From Synechococcus sp. A15-28 (GTDB lineage: Bacteria; Cyanobacteriota; Cyanobacteriia; PCC-6307; Cyanobiaceae), in contig NZ_CP047931.1 of NCBI RefSeq assembly GCF_014280175.1, forward strand, positions 1,710,001-1,742,000: a stretch of DNA of 32,000 nucleotides. The letters are read 5' to 3'. The notes below the pieces were generated by a model. That model was not told where the DNA came from. It worked only from the letters and a program-made list of their open reading frames with translations, and made no database searches. A program made the position numbers and the translations under genes. Positions within the stretch are counted from its first letter, which is position 1. The number at the start of each line of letters is the position of its first letter. Positions 7,907-17,472 of this stretch are shown here, piece by piece.

Positions 7907-8986
7907 TCAACCGATGGCAGGAGCTTGCAGAGCCACAGGAGTGGACTCAGCAGCAGCCAGGTCGAGGGGGAAGTTGTGAGCGTTGCGCTCGTGCATCACT
8001 TCCATACCGAGGCCGGCACGGTTCAACACGTCGGCCCAGGTGTTCAGGACGCGGCCCTGACCATCAAGGATGGACTGGTTGAAGTTGAAGCCGTTCAGGT
8101 TGAAGGCCATGGTTGACACGCCCAGGGCGGTGAACCAGATGCCGACAACAGGCCAGGCAGCCAGGAAGAAGTGAAGGCTACGGCTGTTGTTGAAGGAGGC
8201 GTATTGGAAGATCAGGCGACCGAAGTAACCGTGGGCAGCCACGATGTTGTAGGTCTCTTCCTCTTGGCCGAACTTGTAGCCGTAGTTCTGGGACTCGGTC
8301 TCGGTGGTTTCACGCACCAGGGAGGAGGTCACCAGGGAGCCGTGCATGGCGGAGAACAGGGAACCACCGAACACACCTGCAACACCCAGCATGTGGAAGG
8401 GGTGCATCAGGATGTTGTGCTCAGCCTGGAACACCAGCATGTAGTTGAACGTGCCGGAGATGCCCAGGGGCATGGCGTCAGAGAAGGAGCCCTGACCGAA
8501 GGGGTAGACCAGGAAGACTGCAGAGGCAGCAGCGACAGGTGCGCTGTAGGCGACGCAGATCCAGGGGCGCATGCCCAGGCGGTAGGAGAGTTCCCACTCA
8601 CGACCCATGTAGGCGTAGATGCCGATCAGGAAGTGGAAGACGACGAGCTGGAAAGGACCGCCGTTGTACAGCCACTCATCGAGAGAAGCGGCTTCCCAGA
8701 TGGGATAGAAGTGCAGGCCGATGGCGTTGCTGGAAGGAACAACAGCACCGGAGATGATGTTGTTGCCGTAGATCAGGGAGCCAGCGACAGGCTCGCGGAT
8801 GCCATCGATGTCAACCGGAGGAGCGGCGACGAAAGCGATGACGAAGCAGATGGTGGCAGCCAGCAGGGTGGGGATCATCAGCACACCGAACCAACCGACA
8901 TACAGACGGTTGTTGGTGGAGGTGACCCACTCGCAGAAGGCCTGCCAGCTGGAAGCGCCGGAGCGCTGCTGGAGGGTGGTGGTCAT
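7907..8986 (-). CDS. psbA: Photosystem II reaction-centre protein D1, D1:2-type isoform (Glu130)
   Basis: 359 aa, unmistakable D1 sequence ([26 protein letters not shown] ... [14 protein letters not shown]). Counting residues gives R129-E130-W131. E130 marks the D1:2 (stress/high-light) form; Q130 marks D1:1. Confidence 0.98.
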   Translation of the reverse strand: MTTTLQQRSGASSWQAFCEWVTSTNNRLYVGWFGVLMIPTLLAATICFVIAFVAAPPVDIDGIREPVAGSLIYGNNIISGAVVPSSNAIGLHFYPIWEAASLDEWLYNGGPFQLVVFHFLIGIYAYMGREWELSYRLGMRPWICVAYSAPVAAASAVFLVYPFGQGSFSDAMPLGISGTFNYMLVFQAEHNILMHPFHMLGVAGVFGGSLFSAMHGSLVTSSLVRETTETESQNYGYKFGQEEETYNIVAAHGYFGRLIFQYASFNNSRSLHFFLAAWPVVGIWFTALGVSTMAFNLNGFNFNQSILDGQGRVLNTWADVLNRAGLGMEVMHERNAHNFPLDLAAAESTPVALQAPAIG

Positions 8987-9058
8987 GAGAACGGAAAGAA
9001 GTGTTCCCGAAGGAACGGTTTAAGGAAGGGCAGGGACGCCCTGCCTCACACCAATGTA
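8987..9058 (-). promoter_or_regulatory. psbA 5' UTR with two small hairpins and a candidate -10 box
   Basis: On the minus strand: TACATT (plus 9053-9058) as a candidate -10. Hairpin ggcaggg-acg-ccctgcc (9029-9045) would sit at the 5' end of the transcript. Hairpin gttcc-cgaa-ggaac (9003-9016) lies near the start codon. No convincing -35. Confidence 0.35.
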
Positions 9059-9349
9059 ACGGAAGGTTGAGAGGTGTGTTCGGTTATTGCGCAATGCGTT
9101 TTCGACAGCCCTGCCAGGGACTGGGCAGCACAGAAAGACTTAAGATTCTGTTGCTGTCCGGAGCCCGTTTTGGTCCTGATCCGCTGGCTCCACGCTGGAC
9201 GTCGTCTCGAGGAAACGGTTCCTCTCGAGCACGCCCGTCACAGGCGCAACGAACTGGAGGCCCAGGGAGCCACTATCTACTGGAGCGAGAGACTGGTCTC
9301 GACCGGCCTCAGCTGAGACGCTGAAGGGAAGACAACGTCCCTGCGTCGG

Positions 9350-9682
9350 ATGAAACGCCATTTTTTCTCCTGGCCACTCATGGCAGTGGCTTGCCTGACC
9401 ATCAGCGGCTGCGGCGCACGGACGTCGCCCTCCAGCGGCGATCAGGCCAGCCAAGCGGCACTGGAGCGGCTGGAACTGCGGGTGAATCAACTGGAGCGAA
9501 AACTCAGCTCCAGAAATCCTGGCAACGCTGAACTCGATCAGAAAGTACCTGCCGGCCCACTTCAGTCCCTCACCCTGCGTCTGGGAACTGACGATGATCG
9601 ATTGCGGCTGTACTGGGCAGATGGTCAATCCAGCGATCTGCTCTGCAGTGAAGAAGGCAGGGGTGTCTGGGCCTGTGGCTAA
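9350..9682 (+). CDS. Hypothetical lipoprotein
   Basis: ATG start. Signal peptide plus lipobox (MAVACLTISGC), then a short coiled-coil segment (LERLELRVNQLERKL). No family recognised. Confidence 0.55.
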   Translation: MKRHFFSWPLMAVACLTISGCGARTSPSSGDQASQAALERLELRVNQLERKLSSRNPGNAELDQKVPAGPLQSLTLRLGTDDDRLRLYWADGQSSDLLCSEEGRGVWACG

Positions 9683-9728
9683 TCCCTTCTGCGCTGATCA
9701 GAGTGGAGTGGCACCCATTGCGATACCG

Positions 9729-10079
9729 ATGCGCCTGTTCAGCCTTCTGCTCACAGGGATGAGCCTGGCTGCCCCTCTGGCTCAGGCCCAAACCCCCTAC
9801 ACCCATGCCCAGACCAAAGCTGCCAACTTCGCCAGGATGCGAGCCGAGAAACTGAATGGAGGTCTGCGTCTATACCGGGCTGACCGTTGCATGTATGTCA
9901 CCCGGGGGGTGGACTGCCTCCTCTCAGCCGACGCCAACGGCTATCGGTTCCTGTTCAAGGGAGGCGCACCGGGCTGGCAACAGCAAACTCCTCCGGCCCC
10001 AACCGTCGAGACCGAAGTGCTGGTTTCCATCGACGGCGATGAGATCCTCGATGTTCCCTACAACGGGTCGCTGCGCTGA
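9729..10079 (+). CDS. Hypothetical secreted protein
   Basis: ORF 9594..10079. The internal ATG at 9729 gives a classical signal peptide MRLFSLLLTGMSLAAPLAQA-QT and avoids overlap with the previous gene. Confidence 0.55.
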   Translation: MRLFSLLLTGMSLAAPLAQAQTPYTHAQTKAANFARMRAEKLNGGLRLYRADRCMYVTRGVDCLLSADANGYRFLFKGGAPGWQQQTPPAPTVETEVLVSIDGDEILDVPYNGSLR

Positions 10080-10082
10080 AGC

Positions 10083-11072
10083 TCAGGTCATCAGCTGAGC
10101 CAGAGCTCGGCCCCAACTGGAATCGAACGGCCAGACCTCTCGGCGGGTCATCGAAAAGGCGATTCTCTTCTCGGCATAGGCCGCCTCGTTGATGAACACC
10201 GGCCAGGCCTCTCCTCGGTCCAGCGCAAAGGGCACCGTCTCTCCACAGGGCAGTTCAAACGCTGCGGCTCCACCACGCAAAGGCTGCCAGTCCTGTCCCT
10301 GCAGCTGAGGGTGAACCATGGCAGCCAGGCGATTGCGTTGATCACGCGGGAGATCCACACTGCCGATGTGACGATGCACCACAAGGCTGTGGGGATCACG
10401 GCCTCGCCCCGCCCTTGCCGCGGCCAATTGCTGAAGACAGGTTTCAAGGGCGATCCGGGTCTGACGCACCACCCGAGCGTCCAGAACGCCCTGCGGCACG
10501 GGCCCCACTTCGATCACCAGTCCGCAGGGCCATTGCTCCACCAGAAATCCGGTCTGGGCCGCATCGGCCTCATGGAGGTAGACCGGCAGTCCAAGGGCCC
10601 CTTGCACCCGTGCCGCCAAGGCCAGATCGGCGGGACGGCGGCCGTACACCACCAGACAGTTGCCCATCGCCGCTGTTGTGCTGTGCAGATCCAGGGCCAC
10701 CCGACAGGGGGTCGCGCTCTCAGGGCCATGCACCGCGAGAAGCTGACGGGCACGCTTCCGTTCCACCTCCTGCCCCCTCTGATTCAACAGATCCGGTGTG
10801 AAGCAGCGGTTGAGATCACGGTCGATGTAGCGACGGTTGACGGCGCGCGCTTCGGGATTGCCGATCTCCAGGGCAAGCGACAGTCCAGCGGTGTCCAGCA
10901 GAGCCGGCTGCTCACGCCACTGGTCGACCAGCCAGGCCCCATTGACTTCATTCCCATGGGTGCCACCCACCACCAGCACATCGCAGCCGGCCATCACGAC
11001 GCTTGGAAACCGAACTGACTGAAGCATGGGAACCCGCAAGACTGATGCCAACGGCAACTGAGCCATGGCCAT
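10083..11072 (-). CDS. Succinylglutamate desuccinylase/aspartoacylase-family zinc hydrolase
   Basis: [16 protein letters not shown] (His/Glu zinc motif) and [12 protein letters not shown]. The start is uncertain: internal ATGs at 11027 and 10994 ([16 protein letters not shown]) fit the family N-terminus better than 11072. Confidence 0.75.
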   Translation of the reverse strand: MAMAQLPLASVLRVPMLQSVRFPSVVMAGCDVLVVGGTHGNEVNGAWLVDQWREQPALLDTAGLSLALEIGNPEARAVNRRYIDRDLNRCFTPDLLNQRGQEVERKRARQLLAVHGPESATPCRVALDLHSTTAAMGNCLVVYGRRPADLALAARVQGALGLPVYLHEADAAQTGFLVEQWPCGLVIEVGPVPQGVLDARVVRQTRIALETCLQQLAAARAGRGRDPHSLVVHRHIGSVDLPRDQRNRLAAMVHPQLQGQDWQPLRGGAAAFELPCGETVPFALDRGEAWPVFINEAAYAEKRIAFSMTRREVWPFDSSWGRALAQLMT

Positions 11073-12036
11073 TCCCCCGGCTCTTGTGATCGCTGCCCGC
11101 CAGGGCTGGCGATGGCAATGGCAGCGCTTGATGGGAGGCCTTGGCCCGGCTGATGCGGAAGGGAATTACCGACGACCGAGCAGCGATCACCTCAGCGCCA
11201 CCCTTCCCCCCTCCATCGAAGCCACGCTTCCGGAGCAGCGCCGACCCTTGCTGATCCTTGGGAGAAGTTGTCCATGGGCCCATCGCACCTGGCTGGTGCA
11301 TCGACTGCGGCGGCTCGACAGCAGCCTCACCCCGCTGATGGCGACGGCTGACTATCATGCCGGCCGCTGGCAACTGAATCCTCCCTGGCAGGGATGCCAG
11401 ACCTTGCTGGAGCTCTACCGGCGCTGCGGTGCGCCCCCCTCGTACCGGGCCACCGTGCCGGTGCTGGTGGATCCCAGCGGGCCTCGGATCCTCGGCAATG
11501 AAAGCGCCCAGTTGGTGGAGCTACTGAACCAATGGCCCGCACCGGCTGAGGCACCGGATCTGGCACCAGAGCAGTTGAAGGATGACATCGACCGTTGGCA
11601 ATCACTGCTGCAACCGGCCGTCAATGACGGGGTGTACCGCTGCGGGTTCGCCCGAACACAGGCGGCCTACGACCGCGCCGAAACAGATCTCTTCAGTGCC
11701 CTTGAACAGGCGGAGCAAGCCCTTGAGGATGGGCGCTCCTGGTTCTGCGGCGATCAGCTCACCCTGGCGGATGTTCGCCTGTTCCCCACCTTGATCCGCT
11801 GGGAGCTCGTCTACGCCCCTCTGTTCGGTTGCAGCCGCCGCCCCCTTTGGCAGTACCCCAATCTTTGGCGTTGGCGGCAGCGCTTCCACACGCTTCCTGG
11901 AGTGAACGACACCTGTGATGCCGAAGCCTGGCGCCACGATTACTTCGGGGCTTTGTTCCCCCTGAATCCCGGCGGAATTGTTCCGGCCGGCCCTGAGCTG
12001 AGCACACTGGTCCATGCCGGCATTCCAAGGCCATGA
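11065..12036 (+). CDS. Xi-class glutathione S-transferase (glutathionyl-hydroquinone reductase, ECM4/YqjG-like)
   Basis: Hallmark [10 protein letters not shown] active-site motif and a GST C-terminal domain ([19 protein letters not shown]). The start may be the internal ATG at 11131 ([13 protein letters not shown]). Confidence 0.75.
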   Translation: MAIPPALVIAARQGWRWQWQRLMGGLGPADAEGNYRRPSSDHLSATLPPSIEATLPEQRRPLLILGRSCPWAHRTWLVHRLRRLDSSLTPLMATADYHAGRWQLNPPWQGCQTLLELYRRCGAPPSYRATVPVLVDPSGPRILGNESAQLVELLNQWPAPAEAPDLAPEQLKDDIDRWQSLLQPAVNDGVYRCGFARTQAAYDRAETDLFSALEQAEQALEDGRSWFCGDQLTLADVRLFPTLIRWELVYAPLFGCSRRPLWQYPNLWRWRQRFHTLPGVNDTCDAEAWRHDYFGALFPLNPGGIVPAGPELSTLVHAGIPRP

Positions 12037-12671
12037 CAACGGCTGATCCGCAATTTGAAGGGGTCTACGGCCCTTACTCGATCACCGAAACCGACCGCCG
12101 GGAGGTGCAGCGCTACCGCCTGGCATTGCTGACCACCGGTCTGGCGCTGCTGGCGGGGGTCCTGCATTGCTGGCTGCTGGGCGCCCGCTGGGCCTGGCTC
12201 TGGATCCTGCCCATGAGCACCGGCCTTGGACTGGCCCTGCTCTGGATTCACATCTACCTCCGGCCTCTGCACCGGGCGCTTCAGCTGTTCTGGTTTGTGG
12301 GCTGCATCGGCTGGGGCATGCTGCTGATCAGTGCAGGGCCGACCCATGCCCTGATCACCGTGGCGGATCAACCGCTCTGGATCCTGGCGATCGGCCCCCT
12401 GTTCGCCGCCCTGGCAGGCATCGGCTTCAAGGAGTTCTTCTGCTTTCAGCGCCCTGAGGCGATCGGCCTCACCCTGCTGCTGCCACTGGCTCTTCTGGGG
12501 CAACTGCTCGGCCTGACCAATCCCCAGCTCTGCCTCACCTTGATGGCAGTGGCGGCTGCTCTGCTGGTGGTTCTCGCCCTGCGCAAGTTCGGGATGGAAG
12601 CCGCCGCCGATGTGGGCGATAAGACCGTGTTTGCTTATCTAGACGGTCAACGTCCCGAGCGCACCTCGTGA
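12033..12671 (+). CDS. Conserved integral membrane protein (possibly DUF2301 family)
   Basis: 212 aa with about 5-6 TM helices. ATGA overlap with the GST stop and GTGA overlap with the ABC-F start. The family assignment is from memory only. Confidence 0.65.
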   Translation: MTTADPQFEGVYGPYSITETDRREVQRYRLALLTTGLALLAGVLHCWLLGARWAWLWILPMSTGLGLALLWIHIYLRPLHRALQLFWFVGCIGWGMLLISAGPTHALITVADQPLWILAIGPLFAALAGIGFKEFFCFQRPEAIGLTLLLPLALLGQLLGLTNPQLCLTLMAVAAALLVVLALRKFGMEAAADVGDKTVFAYLDGQRPERTS

Positions 12672-14569
12672 GTCTGATCAGCCTTGTGGGTGCTGCCAAG
12701 GACTTCGGCATCCGCACCCTGTTTGCCGATCTTGAGCTGCACATCGGTGAGGGGGAACGGTTGGGGCTGATCGGCCCGAACGGGGCCGGCAAATCGACCC
12801 TGCTGAAGGTGCTGGCGGGCAGCGAACCTCTGGGGGCAGGAGAACGGCGCTGTTCTCCGCGGTTGCGGGTGGAGCTGGTGGGTCAGGAGAGTCGTGTCAC
12901 CCCTGGCCTCACCGTGCTGGAGCAGGTGCTTGAAGGATGCGGTGCCAAGAGGGATCTGCTGCTGCGCTTCAGCGCCCTCAGCGATGCGGTGGCGGCGGCC
13001 CCAGAGGACGAAACCCTGCTGGCCGAACTGGGCCAGCTGAGCCAGCGCATGGACGATGAGGAGGCCTGGAGCCTCGAGCAGCAATGCCGTGAAGTCCTGC
13101 AGAAGCTGGGCATCAGCGACCTCCAACGTCCGGTGGCGGATCTGTCTGGGGGCTATCGGAAGCGGGTTGGCTTGGCCTCCGCCCTGGTGGCCTGCCCGGA
13201 TGTGCTGCTGCTGGATGAGCCCACCAACCATCTGGATGCCGCCGCTGTGGAGTGGCTGCAGAGCTGGTTGGACCGCTACCCAGGGGCCCTGGTGCTGGTC
13301 ACCCACGACCGCTATGTGCTCGATCGGGTCACCACCCGCATGGTGGAAGTGGACCGCGGCCGGGCCCGCACTTACCAGGGGAACTACAGCACCTTTCTGC
13401 AGCACAAGGCAGATGAGGAGGCCTCGGAAGCGTCCTCCGCCGCCAAGTTCCGTGGTGTTCTGCGGCGGGAGCTGGCCTGGCTCCGGCAGGGACCCAAAGC
13501 CCGCAGCACCAAACAGAAAGCACGCATCCAGCGCATCGAGGCCATGCGCGAGGCACCCGTCCAACAGGGGCGCAAAACCCTGGAGATGGCCAGCGTCAGC
13601 CGCCGCATCGGCAAGCTCGTGATCGAGGCCGAAGCCGTGGGGGTGACCGCCGATGGTCATCCCGAAGGACGATCGCTTCTGCGGGACTTCAGCTACAGCT
13701 TCAGCCCGGAGGATCGCATCGGCATCATCGGGCCGAACGGCAGTGGCAAATCGACTCTGTTGGATCTGTTCGCCGGTCGGCGCCAGACCACCTCTGGGAT
13801 GTTGCGGCTCGGAGAGACCGTCCACATCGGCTACCTCGACCAGCACACCGAGGCTTTCACCGCGGGGAAGGGACTTCAACGCAAGGTGATCGAATTCGTT
13901 GAGGAAGCCGCCAGCCGCATCGAAGTTGGCGGTGAGCAGATCACCGCGTCCCAACTGCTGGAACGGTTCCTGTTCCCCCCGGCCCAGCAGCACAGCCCCC
14001 TGGCGAAGCTCTCCGGCGGTGAGCGTCGGCGTCTGACCCTGTGTCGGATGCTGATCCAGGCCCCGAATGTCCTGCTTCTGGATGAGCCGACCAACGACCT
14101 CGACGTTCGCACCCTGAGCGTTCTGGAGGACTTTCTCGAGGACTTCCGGGGCTGCGTGATCGTGGTGTCCCACGACCGTTACTTTCTCGACCGCACCGTC
14201 GACCGTCTGTTCTGTTTCGAGGAGGGTCGCCTCCAACGATTCGAAGGCAACTACAGCGCGTTCCTCGAACAGCAGCGTCAGCTGGAACGGCAACGAACGT
14301 CAGCGACGGCTCCAGCTGCCAGGGGAGACGCCCACCAAACCAAGGCAAAAGCAGCAGGTCCGAGACGTCGCAGCTTCAAGGAAACCAAGGAACTGCAGCA
14401 ACTGGATCAGCGCTTACCTCAACTGGAACAGCACAGAGCCGCTCTGGAGGAGAAGATAGCTTCCAATGGAACGGATCTCTCTGAGCTCAGTGTGGAACTG
14501 GCGGAGCTGATTGCCACCATTGAGGCCGCTGAAGAGCGATGGCTGGAACTCAGCGAGCTTCAAGACTGA
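12668..14569 (+). CDS. ABC-F family ATPase (Uup/YheS-like, no membrane domain)
   Basis: Two ABC cassettes: GPNGAGKST/LSGGYRKR/LLLDEPTNHLD and GPNGSGKST/LSGGERRR/LLLDEPTNDLD. Charged linker and C-terminal coiled coil. GTG start (VSLISLVGAAKDFG). Confidence 0.9.
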   Translation: MSLISLVGAAKDFGIRTLFADLELHIGEGERLGLIGPNGAGKSTLLKVLAGSEPLGAGERRCSPRLRVELVGQESRVTPGLTVLEQVLEGCGAKRDLLLRFSALSDAVAAAPEDETLLAELGQLSQRMDDEEAWSLEQQCREVLQKLGISDLQRPVADLSGGYRKRVGLASALVACPDVLLLDEPTNHLDAAAVEWLQSWLDRYPGALVLVTHDRYVLDRVTTRMVEVDRGRARTYQGNYSTFLQHKADEEASEASSAAKFRGVLRRELAWLRQGPKARSTKQKARIQRIEAMREAPVQQGRKTLEMASVSRRIGKLVIEAEAVGVTADGHPEGRSLLRDFSYSFSPEDRIGIIGPNGSGKSTLLDLFAGRRQTTSGMLRLGETVHIGYLDQHTEAFTAGKGLQRKVIEFVEEAASRIEVGGEQITASQLLERFLFPPAQQHSPLAKLSGGERRRLTLCRMLIQAPNVLLLDEPTNDLDVRTLSVLEDFLEDFRGCVIVVSHDRYFLDRTVDRLFCFEEGRLQRFEGNYSAFLEQQRQLERQRTSATAPAARGDAHQTKAKAAGPRRRSFKETKELQQLDQRLPQLEQHRAALEEKIASNGTDLSELSVELAELIATIEAAEERWLELSELQD

Positions 14570-14652
14570 TGTCAGCGAACGGTTGAAAAGGACGTCTCAG
14601 GAGCAGGAACTGGTTATCGGCCGTAAGGTGATGAAGGCAGAAAAGTGTTCCC

Positions 14653-14871
14653 ATGAAATCGATCGACGAGCACATCCAGAAGGACAAAACCGACATCGAA
14701 GCGGCCAAGGCAGCTGGCGATGAAGCCAAGGTCCGCCATCTCGAGGGTGAACTTCATTCGCTCGAGGAATACAAGGAGCACAACCCCGAGGACAAGCACG
14801 ACCCCACTCCCCTGGAGTTGTATTGCGATTCCAACCCAGAGGCTGACGAGTGTCGCGTTTACGACGACTGA
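14653..14871 (+). CDS. cp12: CP12-family protein (C-terminal Cys pair only)
   Basis: C-terminus LELYCDSNPEADECRVYDD matches the CP12 GAPDH-binding loop (C-x7-C ... YDD). 72 aa, acidic. No N-terminal Cys pair and no AWD_VEEL core. Confidence 0.8.
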   Translation: MKSIDEHIQKDKTDIEAAKAAGDEAKVRHLEGELHSLEEYKEHNPEDKHDPTPLELYCDSNPEADECRVYDD

Positions 14872-14882
14872 ACCCCACTGCG

Positions 14883-14909
14883 AGGGGGATGAGCCAACTC
14901 AGCCCCCCT
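14883..14909. terminator. Hairpin between convergent cp12 and the small ORF (weak bidirectional terminator candidate)
   Basis: aggggg (14883-14888) pairs with ccccct (14904-14909). An inner tgag/ctca pairing has loop ccaa. Only a TT follows, so intrinsic-terminator status is weak. Confidence 0.35.
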
Positions 14910-14919
14910 TATCCATGAC

Positions 14920-15177
14920 TCAATACTCCTCGTTGTAATCCGAGGGGCTGCCGGTGAGGCTGCAAACCACAGCTTCTTCGTTCTTCATGGCCTGCACCTT
15001 GGCGATGGGGCGGCCCATGCGTTTGAGCACAGCAACGTCCAGTTCGGTCTGACAGCGGGCGATGACAGATCCCTTGTCATCCAGGCAGGTGTAGAAGGTC
15101 ATCACAGGGTGGTGGATCACCATTCCGTTATGGCGATGTCTGGGGACATTCACAACCACCGATGTGGTTGCCGACAC
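14920..15177 (-). CDS. Small hypothetical protein downstream of obg
   Basis: ORF with a GTG start at 15177, 20 nt after the obg stop; alternative ATG at 15123 (MVIHHPVMTFYTCLDDKG). No family recognised. Confidence 0.45.
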   Translation of the reverse strand: MSATTSVVVNVPRHRHNGMVIHHPVMTFYTCLDDKGSVIARCQTELDVAVLKRMGRPIAKVQAMKNEEAVVCSLTGSPSDYNEEY

Positions 15178-15197
15178 GGATGAAATCCGATCAGTTC

Positions 15198-16211
15198 CTA
15201 AGGAATTCCGAGTTCCTTCCAGACCCGTTCCAGCAGATGATCAAGATTGGCCCCCATCGCCGCTGAAATGCAAAGTGGCGAGCGGCCACTGGTTTCTTCC
15301 AGCTCACGACTGAGTTCCTGTCGTTGCTCATCGAGCAGCAGTTCCTGTTTGTTCAGCACCAACAGCCGTGGACGATCCACCAGGCCATGGCCATAGGCCT
15401 CCAATTCCTTTTCCACGACACGCAGATCGCCGACGGGATCATCAGCTCCTGCATCGACAACGTGAATCAGGAGCCTGGTGCGCTCGATGTGACGTAGAAA
15501 ATCGTGCCCCAACCCGGCGCCCTGGGCAGCACCGGCAATCAACCCAGGGATGTCGGCAAAAACGGTGCCATCTCCACTGGGTCGTCGTACGACGCCGAGA
15601 TTGGGCACGAGGGTGGTGAAGGGATAGTCGGCGATTTTGGGGCGAGCTGCCGACAGCACAGCGATCAGGGTGCTCTTTCCGGCATTGGGCAAGCCGATGA
15701 TTCCCACCTCCGCCAAAAGCTTCAGTTCCAGCTGTAGGGGCCATTCCTCCCCATCCCGCCCTTCAGTGAATTTCTCGGGCGCACGGTTGCGATTGCTGAG
15801 GTAATGGGCATTGCCCAATCCGCCGCGGCCGCCGAACGCCACGGTCAAGCGTTCACCGGGCGCGGTCAGATCCCCCAGAAGGATGCCGGTGGTGAGATGT
15901 CGCACCTCGGTTCCGCACGGGACATTGATCACCAGATCCCGGCCGGAGGCTCCCGTGCACTTGTTCGGGCCACCTCGCCGGCCATCATCCGCAGCGAACA
16001 ACCGCTTGTATTTGAAGTCGAGCAGGGTCTGAAGGTTGCTGTCCGCCTCCAGCACCACCGGTCCGCCATGGCCACCGTCTCCTCCGGAGGGGCCACCAGC
16101 CGGGACGTATTTCTCCCGACGAAAGGCGGCGATGCCATCTCCACCACGCCCCCCGCGCACCGTGATCCGTGCCTGATCAATGAATTGCACGGCGCCACGC
16201 GTTGGATCCAA
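15198..16211 (-). CDS. obg: GTPase Obg/CgtA
   Basis: Obg fold: [42 protein letters not shown]-domain: [20 protein letters not shown]. The family N-terminus (MQFIDQA) suggests the GTG at 16190 may be the true start. Confidence 0.92.
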   Translation of the reverse strand: MDPTRGAVQFIDQARITVRGGRGGDGIAAFRREKYVPAGGPSGGDGGHGGPVVLEADSNLQTLLDFKYKRLFAADDGRRGGPNKCTGASGRDLVINVPCGTEVRHLTTGILLGDLTAPGERLTVAFGGRGGLGNAHYLSNRNRAPEKFTEGRDGEEWPLQLELKLLAEVGIIGLPNAGKSTLIAVLSAARPKIADYPFTTLVPNLGVVRRPSGDGTVFADIPGLIAGAAQGAGLGHDFLRHIERTRLLIHVVDAGADDPVGDLRVVEKELEAYGHGLVDRPRLLVLNKQELLLDEQRQELSRELEETSGRSPLCISAAMGANLDHLLERVWKELGIP

Positions 16212-16248
16212 CGAACAACCCTAGGATTCGGCCGCTGCAGATCAGCCG

Positions 16249-17472
16249 TTGGCCGGCGTCCGTTTCGAAGCCCTCAGCAAGACCTACCCCGGACGTCGTG
16301 GATCGGCCCCTGTTCAGGTGATCCGCGATCTGGACCTCAGCATTGAGGACGGAGAGTTCCTGGTGCTAGTGGGACCGTCGGGTTGTGGGAAAAGCACCTT
16401 GTTGCGGCTGCTGGCGGGCTTGGAACGCCCCACGGCAGGCGAAATTGTCATCGGCGAGCGGTCCGTGAGCCAGGTGAGGCCTGGTCGCCGCGATGTGGCC
16501 ATGGTCTTCCAGAGCTACGCGCTCTACCCCCATCTCAGCGTGAGGGACAACCTCAGTTTCGGCCTGCGGCGCAGCCGCCATCGCAGCCTGCCCCAGCAGT
16601 TTCAGGATCAGCTCACTCAGTTCAGTCGTCGATTTCCCGCCTTCCTCAGGGTGCGATCTCCACGAGAGGACTTGATTGAGCAGCGTGTTCAATCGGTCGC
16701 CCAGGCTCTGGAACTGGAACCACTGCTGGACCGTCTGCCCAAGGAGCTCTCCGGCGGGCAGAAGCAACGGGTCGCCCTGGGTCGGGCCATGGCGCGCAAG
16801 CCGTCGGTGTTTCTGATGGATGAACCGCTCAGCAACCTGGATGCCAAGCTGCGCAACAGCACCCGAACCCGCATCGTCGATCTGCAGCGGGAGCTGGGCA
16901 CGACAACGGTCTACGTCACCCATGACCAGGTGGAAGCCATGACCATGGGGCACCGCATCGCTGTGCTCAATCAGGGGCGCCTGCAGCAGCTCGGCACCCC
17001 GATGGACCTTTACCAATGGCCGTCAAATCTGTTTGTGGCTCAGTTCATCGGCAGTCCACCGATGACGATGCTTCCTGTGGTGATCGGCCCTGGCTCCACT
17101 TTGCTTCTTGGTCCGAAACGCCTGTCGGTGGAGGGCCCTGTGGCGGCAGCCCTGCCCGCACTGGAAGGCCAGACGCTGACGGCGGGCCTGCGACCGGAGG
17201 GTTGGCGTGTGGCGCCGGCCACCAACCGCAACCTGCCGGCGACGGTGATCCACCGCGAAGTGCTGGGCAACGAGCAACTGATCAGCTGTCGCCTGCACGA
17301 TGGTGACCATCTGGTGCAGATTCGAGCCACCCCCGACGTCAAAGCCGTTCCCGACGATGTGCTGCATCTGGATCCAGAGCCCTGTGGCTGGCGGCTGTTC
17401 GACACCGATGGAGAGGCGATCACATGCCGGGATCCCCTGGCTGACGGTCCAAAGCTGCCCGAGCTGAATTGA
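16249..17472 (+). CDS. MalK/UgpC-type sugar ABC transporter ATPase, orphan (no adjacent permease or binding protein)
   Basis: TTG start. [35 protein letters not shown], plus a MalK-like C-terminal regulatory (TOBE) domain. Extra basic segment between FGLR and IEQRV. Confidence 0.85.
   Translation: MAGVRFEALSKTYPGRRGSAPVQVIRDLDLSIEDGEFLVLVGPSGCGKSTLLRLLAGLERPTAGEIVIGERSVSQVRPGRRDVAMVFQSYALYPHLSVRDNLSFGLRRSRHRSLPQQFQDQLTQFSRRFPAFLRVRSPREDLIEQRVQSVAQALELEPLLDRLPKELSGGQKQRVALGRAMARKPSVFLMDEPLSNLDAKLRNSTRTRIVDLQRELGTTTVYVTHDQVEAMTMGHRIAVLNQGRLQQLGTPMDLYQWPSNLFVAQFIGSPPMTMLPVVIGPGSTLLLGPKRLSVEGPVAAALPALEGQTLTAGLRPEGWRVAPATNRNLPATVIHREVLGNEQLISCRLHDGDHLVQIRATPDVKAVPDDVLHLDPEPCGWRLFDTDGEAITCRDPLADGPKLPELN

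Noticed and set aside
9029-9055. Hairpin followed by CCUCACAC on the plus strand, reminiscent of the Yfr1 sRNA single-stranded motif (ACUCCUCACAC)
   Set aside because: The match to the motif is only partial. There is no second flanking stem-loop or terminator. The element is better explained as the complement of the psbA 5' UTR hairpin.
8171-9070. 299-aa ORF on the plus strand
   Set aside because: Antisense to psbA, with a Gly/Asp/Val/His-rich composition. psbA identity on the other strand is certain.
9140-9628. 162-aa minus-strand ORF, plus the 9001..9324 plus-strand ORF, in the psbA upstream spacer
   Set aside because: The minus-strand ORF overlaps the well-supported lipoprotein gene in antisense. 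No domains are recognisable, and the starts are non-ATG. Only the 9170-9316 plus frame is retained, as a low-confidence note.
12647-14293. 548-aa ORF on the minus strand
   Set aside because: It is entirely antisense to the ABC-F gene, whose motifs are unambiguous. The sequence is low-complexity and G/A/P/R/Q-rich, typical of stop-free antisense frames in high-GC DNA.
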